Assembly: GCA_964005815.1 (NCBI GenBank)
Contig: CAXFSR010000063.1
Location: 35,560-99,559 of the forward strand
DNA length: 64,000 nt
Source of the DNA: an uncultured Nitrospinaceae bacterium
GTDB lineage: Bacteria; UBA8248
Direction: 5' to 3'
Part shown: positions 31,085 through 40,400 of the stretch, in pieces
Numbering within the stretch: position 1 is the stretch's first letter
How the letters are laid out: each line of letters opens with the position of its first letter
Notes under the pieces: generated by a model
Told to the model about the DNA's origin: nothing
Database searches by the model: none
What the model saw: the letters and a program-made list of their open reading frames with translations, nothing else
Made by a program: the position numbers and the translations under genes

Positions 31085-31573
31085 ATGCCAAGTTTTGATA
31101 TTGTCTCTCAAATAGATCTAAATGAAGTAGATAATGCTATTAATGGAATATCTAGAGAAATCAAACAGAGATACGATCTCAAGGGAAGCAAATGTGCCGT
31201 AGAAAGAAAGGAACGAACTTTAACAATCAATGCAGATGATGATTTCAAACTCAAACAAGTCATTGATCTGATAGCTACATATTTCCAGAGACGAAATGTA
31301 GACGCAAGAATGCTTCAATACAACAAAGCAGAGAACGCTTCAGGTGGTTCTATTCGACAAGAAGCAACAATCAGAGATGGAATTGATCAAGAAACTGCCA
31401 GACATATTGTAAAAGAAGTAAAGGGAACAAAAACAAAAATACAAATAGCAATACAAGGAAATGAACTTAGAGTTTCAGGGAAGAAAAGAGATGACTTGCA
31501 AAATATCATTACATTTTGCAAAGAATTAAAAGGAGTCGAACAACCATTACAGTTCATTAATTTCAGAGATTGA
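31085..31573 (+). CDS. yajQ: YajQ family nucleotide-binding protein
   Basis: MPSFDIVS...RYDLKG...LRVSGKKRDDLQ...LQFINFRD. Confidence 0.95.
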   Translation: MPSFDIVSQIDLNEVDNAINGISREIKQRYDLKGSKCAVERKERTLTINADDDFKLKQVIDLIATYFQRRNVDARMLQYNKAENASGGSIRQEATIRDGIDQETARHIVKEVKGTKTKIQIAIQGNELRVSGKKRDDLQNIITFCKELKGVEQPLQFINFRD

Positions 31574-31638
31574 ACAATTAAGGCTTCCTGAATCACTTTC
31601 TTAATTGAACCCGCCTCCACTTCTTCAAAAGGAGAATC

Positions 31639-32118
31639 ATGGAAGATTTCCACGAAATTAAAACTGCCAGGCCAAAAGAAGATATTGATATTCGTCAAAT
31701 GGTTATTGATGTTTTCTATAAAATTTGTGAACTAGAAGATGAAATGCATAACCGCAAACTAGAAGAAGAAGCGTATATCGTGTACATGAAAAATGCCAGG
31801 AGAAAAGTAGAAGAACATATACTGTTTTTAAAAGAACAGTTAGAAGAAGAAATCAAAAGACTGCCAAATCAGCGTATCCGGATTGGCCCGTACACGTTCT
31901 TTTTAAAGAAGTCTGCTGACAAAATAGTAATCGAAGATGAAGAAGCTGCAGCACAAGAACTAAAAGACCTTGGCAAATTAGGTGAAAAATGTATCAAAAC
32001 CTCGCAAAAAGTGTTAAAATCCGAAGTGAAAAAGTTAATCAAAAAAGATGGTCCTGCTCTGGAACATGTACAGTTTGAAAAAGGAAAACCGAGTCTAAGT
32101 ATCAAAAAAGAAAATTGA
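31639..32118 (+). CDS. Mu Gam / siphovirus Gp157-like protein
   Basis: N-terminal coiled coil, then FFLKKS..KIVIEDEE..LK.LG...IKTSQKVLKSEVKK...GKPSLSIK; AGGAG RBS. Confidence 0.55.
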   Translation: MEDFHEIKTARPKEDIDIRQMVIDVFYKICELEDEMHNRKLEEEAYIVYMKNARRKVEEHILFLKEQLEEEIKRLPNQRIRIGPYTFFLKKSADKIVIEDEEAAAQELKDLGKLGEKCIKTSQKVLKSEVKKLIKKDGPALEHVQFEKGKPSLSIKKEN

Positions 32119-32121
32119 AAT

Positions 32122-32511
32122 CTACTTAGACTTATATTCGTTGCCTACAATACCTACAAAGCCCATGAGATAATCCATTCTCCCTGGCCCCATAATTTCG
32201 TAGTATTCAGCACCCTCTTCTCCAACTTCTAGTAAGCCATGCCAAACATTCCCTGGAATGACAGAGAATCCGCCGTTTTCTATCCAATCTTCTTCAGTAT
32301 CTATCTTCATCTTTAATTTACCAGAAATCATTACCATAAACTGATCTTCCTGATGTCTGTGAAGAGAACCATCAAAATTTACTCCTGGCTCTACTCTTCC
32401 CCTCTTTACCAAAACTTTTTCTGTGGAGACAATCTCTCCTGAGTTTCCTTTTTTAGGATTGATCTTTTTGGGAAAGTCCTCCCATTTATGAAAATAACTC
32501 ATACCTTCCAT
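32122..32511 (-). CDS. Cupin domain protein
   Basis: HRHQEDQFMVMISG and IPGNVWHG cupin motifs. Confidence 0.88.
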   Translation of the reverse strand: MEGMSYFHKWEDFPKKINPKKGNSGEIVSTEKVLVKRGRVEPGVNFDGSLHRHQEDQFMVMISGKLKMKIDTEEDWIENGGFSVIPGNVWHGLLEVGEEGAEYYEIMGPGRMDYLMGFVGIVGNEYKSK

Positions 32512-32527
32512 CTCCGAATAAAAATTT

Positions 32528-33568
32528 CTAATTTTCAGGAATACCCCTTACCTTTTCACTCCAGTTTTTAATAAAAAGAGGTCTGTCAGGAACGTGGGCA
32601 GTAATTCTCAAGTGTTGCACCCCCATCTCCGCAAGTTCGCACAACCTTTGCTGACACTCTAATGGGGTCCCTGCAACCGCAAAACGTTCTAGCAAATATT
32701 CACGCAAGCCAAGTTCATCTACCAGATCCGCATTCGAACGTTTATCTACCATTTCATGTTCTGCATGCAAATATTTTTTTTCTAATTTTGTAATAGGATC
32801 CAACAACTCAGCAGGAATATGTTTATGTTCTTTCGTAAAGCGGAATGCGTGATTGGCGCTTCCAGCCAAAGCCATACGAATTTCTCTCTTCGCCTGTTCA
32901 CCATCTTCGTTCACATTTACTTTTACAATCCACCATAAATCCAAATCTTCTAATTTCCTGCCAGACTTGCGAGCTCCTTCCTCAATCCAAGTAAGTGAAT
33001 CGGCTACCATTTCAGGAATGAACCCCGTTCCAATTATCACCCCATCGGCTACCTCTCCAGCAAGACGCAAAGTTTTCATTCCCTCTGCTGCCATATAAAC
33101 AGGAACTTTTCTTTTATTCCAACTTAAGGTTGAAGAATGACCTTTAAATTCCGTAACCCCCTTTTCTACAAGTTCACGGAACGAAATAATATAATCTCGC
33201 AACTCCTCTACTAGTGAAGGTTTAAGATCTAAATTCAGCAAAGCACTATCTCCTGTAGCAATTCCAAAAACTGCCCTGCCTCCTGACAACTCATTTAAAG
33301 TCGACATGCCACTTGCTGCAACAGCTGGATGGCGAGTGACAGGATTCGTTACACAAGGACCAAAATTAACTCCTTTTGTGCTGTAGGAACAGATTGCCGC
33401 CGAAACATACAATTCTCTATACAAAGATTGAGAGTCTGGAATCCAAATCATTTCAAATCCATAATCCTCTGCCAACCCACACCAATGTGAATATGTGTGG
33501 GGTTCGGGAGGCAGCATAGCTATGCCATGTTTTATTTCTGATTTATCCAATGTCATTTTTCCATCCAA
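32528..33568 (-). CDS. LLM-class flavin/F420-dependent oxidoreductase (Mer-like)
   Basis: WIPDSQ, GPCVTNPVTRHP, ELSGGRAVFGIATGD, LAGEVADG. Confidence 0.9.
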   Translation of the reverse strand: MDGKMTLDKSEIKHGIAMLPPEPHTYSHWCGLAEDYGFEMIWIPDSQSLYRELYVSAAICSYSTKGVNFGPCVTNPVTRHPAVAASGMSTLNELSGGRAVFGIATGDSALLNLDLKPSLVEELRDYIISFRELVEKGVTEFKGHSSTLSWNKRKVPVYMAAEGMKTLRLAGEVADGVIIGTGFIPEMVADSLTWIEEGARKSGRKLEDLDLWWIVKVNVNEDGEQAKREIRMALAGSANHAFRFTKEHKHIPAELLDPITKLEKKYLHAEHEMVDKRSNADLVDELGLREYLLERFAVAGTPLECQQRLCELAEMGVQHLRITAHVPDRPLFIKNWSEKVRGIPEN

Positions 33569-33695
33569 AGTGATTAATTGAAAAAATAATTTATATAAGG
33601 TTTGAAAATAATCATAGTTAAGAATATGTTTCTTTACACCTTATCATTTGAAAAAAAATATGAATTAACAACTTCCAATAAAGAAGGAACAATCT

Positions 33696-34103
33696 ATGCC
33701 TTTTTACAAACAGACTGAAATGGAAGAAATTTCGTTACCTGAACAACCTATGGGAACGTTTCAGAGTTTACCCGGAGAACTTATGAAAGTAGGCTTCGTA
33801 ACCTATTACAAAAACAACCTTACAATTCCGCATCTACATCCAAACGAAGAGCAGTTTGCATATATTATCGAAGGCAGGCAATTCATGATTCTTGGACAAG
33901 AAGAAGCAATTGTTGGCCCTGGAGATCTTATACATACACCGAAGAATACAGTGCATTGTGGAATTATCCTTGATGAAAAGACACTGATGTTTGTTGTTAA
34001 AAGTCCTTGTGGAAATGGAGGTCTTGCACAAGATTATCAAGCAGTCGAAAAAACTGAGGAAACTATTGAATATCTAAAGAAAAAATTTATAGAACTCTCC
34101 TAA
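33696..34103 (+). CDS. Cupin domain protein, paralogue 1 of 3
   Basis: PHLHPNEEQF..IEG; GDLIHTPKNTVH. Confidence 0.9.
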   Translation: MPFYKQTEMEEISLPEQPMGTFQSLPGELMKVGFVTYYKNNLTIPHLHPNEEQFAYIIEGRQFMILGQEEAIVGPGDLIHTPKNTVHCGIILDEKTLMFVVKSPCGNGGLAQDYQAVEKTEETIEYLKKKFIELS

Positions 34104-34134
34104 AATTAAACCTTAAAAATAAAGGATAGATATT

Positions 34135-34542
34135 ATGCCCTTTTATAAACGTTCAGAAATAAAAGAAATCACCTTGTCAGCACAACCAACTGCAGTTTTC
34201 CAAAACCTATCAGGGGAACTCATCAAAGTTGGCTTCGTTACCTATACGAAGGGAAACTTAAGAAACCCTCACTACCACGAGAACGAAGAAGAATTTACAT
34301 ACATGATTGAGGGTAGTCAGTTTATGATTCTCGGCGATGAGGAAAGTCTCGTCGAGGAAGGAGATCTCATACATACGCCGAAAGGAACGGTCCATAGCGG
34401 TATCATAACAAGTGAGAAAACAGTTATGTTTGTAGCAAAGAGCCCCGCGGGTGATGGCAATATGGCACAAGACTTTAAAGAAGCTAAAAATGCTGAAGAA
34501 TTGATTTCTCGATTAAAGGAAAAATATGAAGAATTAACATAA
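34135..34542 (+). CDS. Cupin domain protein, paralogue 2 of 3
   Basis: PHYHENEEEF..IEG; GDLIHTPKGTVH. Confidence 0.9.
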   Translation: MPFYKRSEIKEITLSAQPTAVFQNLSGELIKVGFVTYTKGNLRNPHYHENEEEFTYMIEGSQFMILGDEESLVEEGDLIHTPKGTVHSGIITSEKTVMFVAKSPAGDGNMAQDFKEAKNAEELISRLKEKYEELT

Positions 34543-34566
34543 AATTCTTAAAACAAGGAATTAAAT

Positions 34567-34974
34567 ATGCCTTTTTATAAACAATCAGAAATGGAAGAAA
34601 CTACTTTACCAGAACAGCCTATGGGAATTTTCAAAGGACTTCCTGGAGATCTTATGAAAGTAGGTTTCGTTACCTATCCTCAGGGAAAACTTTCAAGACC
34701 ACATTTTCATCCCAATGAAGAACAGTTCATTTACATTATTGAAGGAAGGCAGTACATGATTCTTGGTGAAGACGAGGGAATCATTGGACCAGGGGACCTA
34801 ATTCATATACCTAGAAATACAGTCCATGGAGGTATTATTATCGATGAGAAAACTGTCATGTTTGCAGCAAAAAGTCCTGTTGGAGATGGAAATCTTGCAC
34901 AAGATCATAACGATGCAGAAAATGCAGATGAAATCACTGAAAAACTAAAATCCAAATTTGAAGAATTATCTTAA
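34567..34974 (+). CDS. Cupin domain protein, paralogue 3 of 3
   Basis: PHFHPNEEQF..IEG; GDLIHIPRNTVH. Confidence 0.9.
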   Translation: MPFYKQSEMEETTLPEQPMGIFKGLPGDLMKVGFVTYPQGKLSRPHFHPNEEQFIYIIEGRQYMILGEDEGIIGPGDLIHIPRNTVHGGIIIDEKTVMFAAKSPVGDGNLAQDHNDAENADEITEKLKSKFEELS

Positions 34975-34992
34975 AGAAAATGGAGATATAAA

Positions 34993-35868
34993 ATGGAACA
35001 ACTTACAGAAAATATCTTTTTTTACGACTGTTATCCTACAGTTGGCATGATAGTAACAGACGAAGGTGTTATTGCCATTGACGGACCAATGAGACCATCG
35101 GAAGCGATAAAATGGCGTGAATTTATCGAAACTAAAGGACCACTACGTTATTTAGTAAATATGGAACACCATCAGGATCACATCGCAGCAAATTGGTATT
35201 TACAACCTGAAAAAATTATTTGCAGTGAAGTAACCTATGCAGATTTTTGGACATCCATAGCAAATGCAAGTGAAGGAATAGAAAGGATGCTGAAGTACGA
35301 CCCAGATGCAGAACCACTCACTAAAGGATATGAACTCAGGCCCCCAGATATCACTTACAAAGAAAGAATGACTATTCGTATGGGAGGAAAAACGATACAT
35401 CTCATGAATCTTCCTGGTCATACTAGAGGACAAACAATCGTTCATGTACCTGAAGATAGAGTCGTATTCGTTGCCGACAATCTCACCCCTGCATATAATG
35501 TTGCATTTCATTCTGCAGATGTTTGGGGTTGGTTCCGTTCTCTCGGAATTCTCGAAGCTCTTGACGTAGATTGGTATATTCCCGGACATGGGAAACCTTG
35601 CAAGAAAGATGAATTTCCTGAACAAAGAGAAAAAATGCATGATCTGATCAATAAAGTTAGAGGTGCCAAAAAAAGTGGTTTAACCAAAGAAGAAGTTCAA
35701 GAGAAAGTATTTGAATTCTACGAAAATGAACATGAAAGTAATTCTCACTTGGGAGAGAGATTAATCATGTTAAGAAAGGGAGGGCTTGCAAACATCTTTG
35801 ATTATTTAGAAATGCATCCTTCAGGAGACATTAACAACAGAAGAGACCCAGTTTGGGAAAATATATAG
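34993..35868 (+). CDS. MBL-fold metallohydrolase (cyclase-like)
   Basis: EHHQDH, PGHT, D, IPGHG. Confidence 0.88.
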   Translation: MEQLTENIFFYDCYPTVGMIVTDEGVIAIDGPMRPSEAIKWREFIETKGPLRYLVNMEHHQDHIAANWYLQPEKIICSEVTYADFWTSIANASEGIERMLKYDPDAEPLTKGYELRPPDITYKERMTIRMGGKTIHLMNLPGHTRGQTIVHVPEDRVVFVADNLTPAYNVAFHSADVWGWFRSLGILEALDVDWYIPGHGKPCKKDEFPEQREKMHDLINKVRGAKKSGLTKEEVQEKVFEFYENEHESNSHLGERLIMLRKGGLANIFDYLEMHPSGDINNRRDPVWENI

Positions 35869-35905
35869 TATTAAAATCTTTCTTTAACCATTTCTAGGAG
35901 TTTTC

Positions 35906-36664
35906 TTGATGAAGCTAAAAGATAAAAAAGTTTTCATTACCGGTGCCTCTACAGGAATCGGTGCAGCCATAGCAGTTCGCCTTTCAAAAGATGGGGCAAA
36001 TCTATATTTGGCAGGCGGAAAAAATGAAGCGTCTTTAAACGAAACCATCCAAATTTGCAAAAAAAATGGTGTAAACGCCTCAGGAGAATGCGTAGACTTA
36101 TCCAATCTTGATACAGTTCCTCCTTTATTAAGCAATGCCGAACAGTTTTTGGATGGCCTAGACATACTGATCAACTGTGCAGGATTACGATCTTTCAGCG
36201 CTGTCGGAGATTTCACAAAAGATGAAATTGAAAAACTCTTTAAAATTAATTCCATGAGTGCTTTTTATCTTTCTAGTCTTTCTGCAAAAATAATGCTCCA
36301 GCAAGGAAAAGGTCAGATCTTAAATATTGGCTCTACTGCAGGTGAAGCCGGAGTCGCAAACTTCACTCTATACTGTTCTACTAAAGGTGCAATGCATCTT
36401 ATGACAAAAGGGATGGCTGTTGAATTAGGCCCTCAGGGAATAAGGGTCAACGCTCTTGCCCCCGGTACTATTCTCAGTGAAACAGTAGGGAGCGTGGTTG
36501 AAAAAGACAAAGAAAAAGAAAAAAAACTTATGGCAACAATTCCTTCTGGCAGATTTGGAACAGTTGAAGAAGTAGCGGACTGTGCTGCATTCATTGTTTC
36601 AGACGAGGCAGATTATATGAACGGGGCTATCATTTTACTAGATGGGGGAAGATTAAGCGTTTAG
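35906..36664 (+). CDS. SDR family oxidoreductase
   Basis: TGASTGIG, NCAG, YCSTK, IRVNALAPG. Confidence 0.94.
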   Translation: MMKLKDKKVFITGASTGIGAAIAVRLSKDGANLYLAGGKNEASLNETIQICKKNGVNASGECVDLSNLDTVPPLLSNAEQFLDGLDILINCAGLRSFSAVGDFTKDEIEKLFKINSMSAFYLSSLSAKIMLQQGKGQILNIGSTAGEAGVANFTLYCSTKGAMHLMTKGMAVELGPQGIRVNALAPGTILSETVGSVVEKDKEKEKKLMATIPSGRFGTVEEVADCAAFIVSDEADYMNGAIILLDGGRLSV

Positions 36665-36937
36665 CGTCAAAGACATTCTAGCAAGGATTTAAAACCTCCT
36701 TTTTTAAAAATCACGTCTTTGATTTTAAATTGACAATTTTCTTTAATCTTTATCTTCGTTTCAAGATTAGAATCTTTGTGTAAACTCACTTTTGCACATC
36801 CACAAAAAGTAACAACTAACAGAAATATGATAAATGCAACGATTCAAATTTAGATGTAGCTTCCATTAAAACAATGATTTTGAAATGATTGTATAAAATA
36901 CTATAATAAAAGGTATGCAAGATTAAAAAATATTTAT

Positions 36938-37474
36938 ATGAGGACCTCCTTGAATAGCGAACATCCATCTCCTGACTTCATACTAAGGCCAACTAGGTTG
37001 GAAGACATAGAACCATATACTCTTTTCCTATCTAACCCTGAAGTTACGATTTGGCTTGACGATTTTTTTCAAAAACCCATCACACGTGTCCAGGTTGAAG
37101 GTCTTTTTCATCAAGACTCCTGGTGCAGGTGGGCTATAGAATGTGAAAACAAATTTGTAGGACTGACTGCACTTACTGATCCAGACTTGAGTAGAGGAAT
37201 AGCACGATTTTTTATCGTCATAGGAGAAACAAGTCTGTGGGGACAAAATTTAGGTACTAATATACTGAGAGAAGTACTTAAATTAGGTTTTAATAGTATG
37301 GGATTGAGGAAAATCAATTCTGACTATTTAGAGCCAAATATAGCTTCTGAAAAAATACACGAACAAAACGGATTTAAAATTGAAGGGACACTGAGAAAGG
37401 ACTGCTGGAGGCAAGGAAAATGGGTCAACAGAAAATTACTTTCTTTACTGAGAGAAGAATACAACGCTTCTTAA
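36938..37474 (+). CDS. GNAT family N-acyltransferase (RimJ/RimL/SpeG-like)
   Basis: WGQNLGT acyl-CoA-binding loop, NIASEKIHEQNGFKIEGTLR. Confidence 0.9.
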   Translation: MRTSLNSEHPSPDFILRPTRLEDIEPYTLFLSNPEVTIWLDDFFQKPITRVQVEGLFHQDSWCRWAIECENKFVGLTALTDPDLSRGIARFFIVIGETSLWGQNLGTNILREVLKLGFNSMGLRKINSDYLEPNIASEKIHEQNGFKIEGTLRKDCWRQGKWVNRKLLSLLREEYNAS

Positions 37475-37495
37475 AAATAATTTTTTATTAAAAAA

Positions 37496-40400
37496 ATGGG
37501 AGGACCCCAATTGAAAGAATTAAATAAAATAAAATTGATTGCAGTTTTATTCCTTATCGCCCTTTTTTGTACATCCATTCCATTTTCAGAAGCTTTTTTC
37601 AGCATTTTTAAAGGAAAAGAACAAAAAGAAGTCGAAGAAATTTCGTCTGAAGATGCGACTGAGTTTTTTACAAAGAAAAAATACCTAAAGGCTAAAGAAG
37701 CATTCGTGAAACTGGTAAACAAAGATCCCGACGATTTAGACAATCAAGGAATGCTCGGGTGGTGTGAATTTATGCTAGACAATCATGTTGCAGCTCAAAA
37801 TATTTTCAGAAAAATTGCGAAGAAAGACAATGGAAATTTTGACGGGCAATTGGGTATGGCATGGACACATATCAAATTAGGAAACTACAAAAAAGCAAAA
37901 CCTTATCTCCAAACCGCCAAAGATGCAGCAGAGAATTGGCAAGCTTATATGGTACTAGATGCAGAGGGTTGGCTTAATGCAAAACTTGGCAATCTAAAGA
38001 AAGCAAAAGAATTATTTGGAAATGAGGATGGTGTTCTTGAGGATTGGCAAGAAGACAATATGCCTGCAGATGGCCGTGTTGGTTTGGCCTGGGCTTTCAT
38101 GAAAGAAAAAAAATACAAAAAAGCAAAAGAAGAATTCAAAGAAGGATTAGACAGAGATGAAAAATGTTTCTTCTGTCATGACGGATTGGCCAGAATTGCA
38201 TTGCAGTCAAAAAATTACGAAGAAGCACTTGAACAAACAGTAAAAGGGCTCAAGATAGTTCACTTTAACAACGGGCTCCTCTCCCTGCTTGATACAATTT
38301 TTTTGACAATCAAAGATACAGACAAAAAAATAAAAATATTAAAAGAATTAATAGAGACTCATTCAGATGATCCAAAATACTTGTACGTAAGTCGATTAGC
38401 ATATGTGCAAATGGCAGCACAAAAAACAAAAGAAGCAGAGAAAATTTTTCAATTGATTTTAAAAAAAGACTCAGGAAATTTTTTAGCTAGAATTGGACTT
38501 TCAAGGATTCAATACAAAAAGAAAAAAATTGTTGAAGATGCCTGGAAAGAATATGCAAGAGGAGAGTTTGAAGAAGCATTAAAAAAATTTAATGCTAAAA
38601 GAGAAGAAGCAAAGAAAAAAGGAAACCCTGCTGCTGAAGACGGACGCGGTTGGACGTTACTTGCTCTAGAAAAACCCAAAAAAGCCTATGACGCATTCCA
38701 AACAGCACTGAAAATAGACAAAAGATTTTTCTTTTCTTACAGTGGTCTTATTGCATCACAAAGATTATCTTTTCCTACGTATAATGCTGCATGGAGACTT
38801 ACAAATTACGGAAAATTTAAAGACGCTGCAGAAACTTTTCAAAAAGCCAGAAAAGAAATTCCAGTAAAATACCATTGGCTTATCGATGAAGGTCTTGGTT
38901 GGATACACTACTATAAAAAAGACTACTCTGCTGCAGAAAAGGCTTTTAATAATTCAATCAAAATAGAAAAAGATGCATTCCTGTCACACAAAGGCCTAGC
39001 TTATGTAGCATTAGAAAATGACAATTTCGAGAAGGCAGAGAAAGAACTCATGACTTCTCTTGGTAGCAATCCTTCTCAAGTTATTTCTACTTATATCTTT
39101 CCAGCACAAAAATTTCTAAAAGCGAAACAGTTCCTAAAAGCAAAAGAATTACTGTCATTGGGAGAGCGTACCTACAAATTCTCTGCTGATATTCAGTTTC
39201 TCCTTGCAAGAGCATTTAAAGGCCTTAAAGACCCAGCCACTGCATCTCAAAAAGCGATGAAAGCAGTAAAACTTGCTCCAGCATATGTACATCCTAAATT
39301 CAATGATTTGGAATTAGACCCAGAGACAATAAAAGATGCATACAAACATATGGGATGGGGTCTCTATTACGCTGGAAAAAGCAAAGATGCACTCAAGCGT
39401 TTCGATGAATATTTCTCTGCTGGTGGTGAGGACAATTCTGCTAAATTAGGAAAAGCCTGGGTGCTTGTTGCCTTAAAAAAAACAGAGGATGCAATCGAAT
39501 TATTTGAAGAATCATTAGGGGATGGAGAAAAAAAGAATATTTCTGCTTTACTTGGAATCGGCTGGGCAAAATTAAAATCAGATGAAGTTGAAGAGGCCGA
39601 GAAAAGATTCCGTACAGTCTTAAAAAGGATTCCAGGACACTACTCTGCCAGCGCTGGTCTAGCACGCATACAGTACCGCAAAACACGAATCGTAAAGGAT
39701 GCTTGGAAAGAATATTCAAAAAAGAATTACAAAGAAGCTCTTGAAAAATTCAATTCCAAAAGAGAAGACGCAGAAGAAAACAACAACCCAGCTGCAGAAG
39801 ATGGAAGAGGATGGACTCTTCTTGCTTTGGATAAGCCAAAAAAAGCTATCAAAGCATTCAGAGCCGCATTGAAAATTGACAAACAATTCTTTTATTCTAG
39901 AAGTGGATTGATAGCGGCACAAAGAAAATCTTTGGTCAGCTATAGCCAAGCTTGGGGATTACTTAATATCGGAAGATTTAAAGAAGCCTTAAAATCATTT
40001 CAAAAAGCCAGGAAGGAAACCTCACCCCAATTGCAATGGCTAGTAGATGATGGTCTTGCTTGGCTCGCATATTACAAAAAAGATTACGAAACAGCAGAAA
40101 GAATTTTTTCTGAAATACTCAAGAAAAAACCAGAAGCTTATCTTTCACAAAAAGGATTAGGTTTTGTTGCACTTCAAAAAGAGGATTTCGATAATGCTCT
40201 CAAGCATCTAACAGCATCACTTGAGAAAAATCCATATCAACCAATCAATTCTTTTACAATACCTGCGGTTAAGTTTCTAAAGAAAAAGAAATATATAAAA
40301 ATCAAGCAACTACTTACACTTGGAGAAAGGACCTATCCACGCTCTGCAGATATTCAATTCTTATTAGCGAAAGCTTATAAAGGACTAGGGAATGAAAAGA

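Noticed and set aside
36667..36843. Minus-strand 58-codon open stretch (IVAFIIFLLVVTFCGCAKV...) resembling a lipoprotein signal, considered as precursor peptide for the RRE operon
   Set aside because: Preceded directly by an in-frame TGA with no start codon or RBS before the hydrophobic segment; could be chance in AT-rich DNA or a broken remnant.
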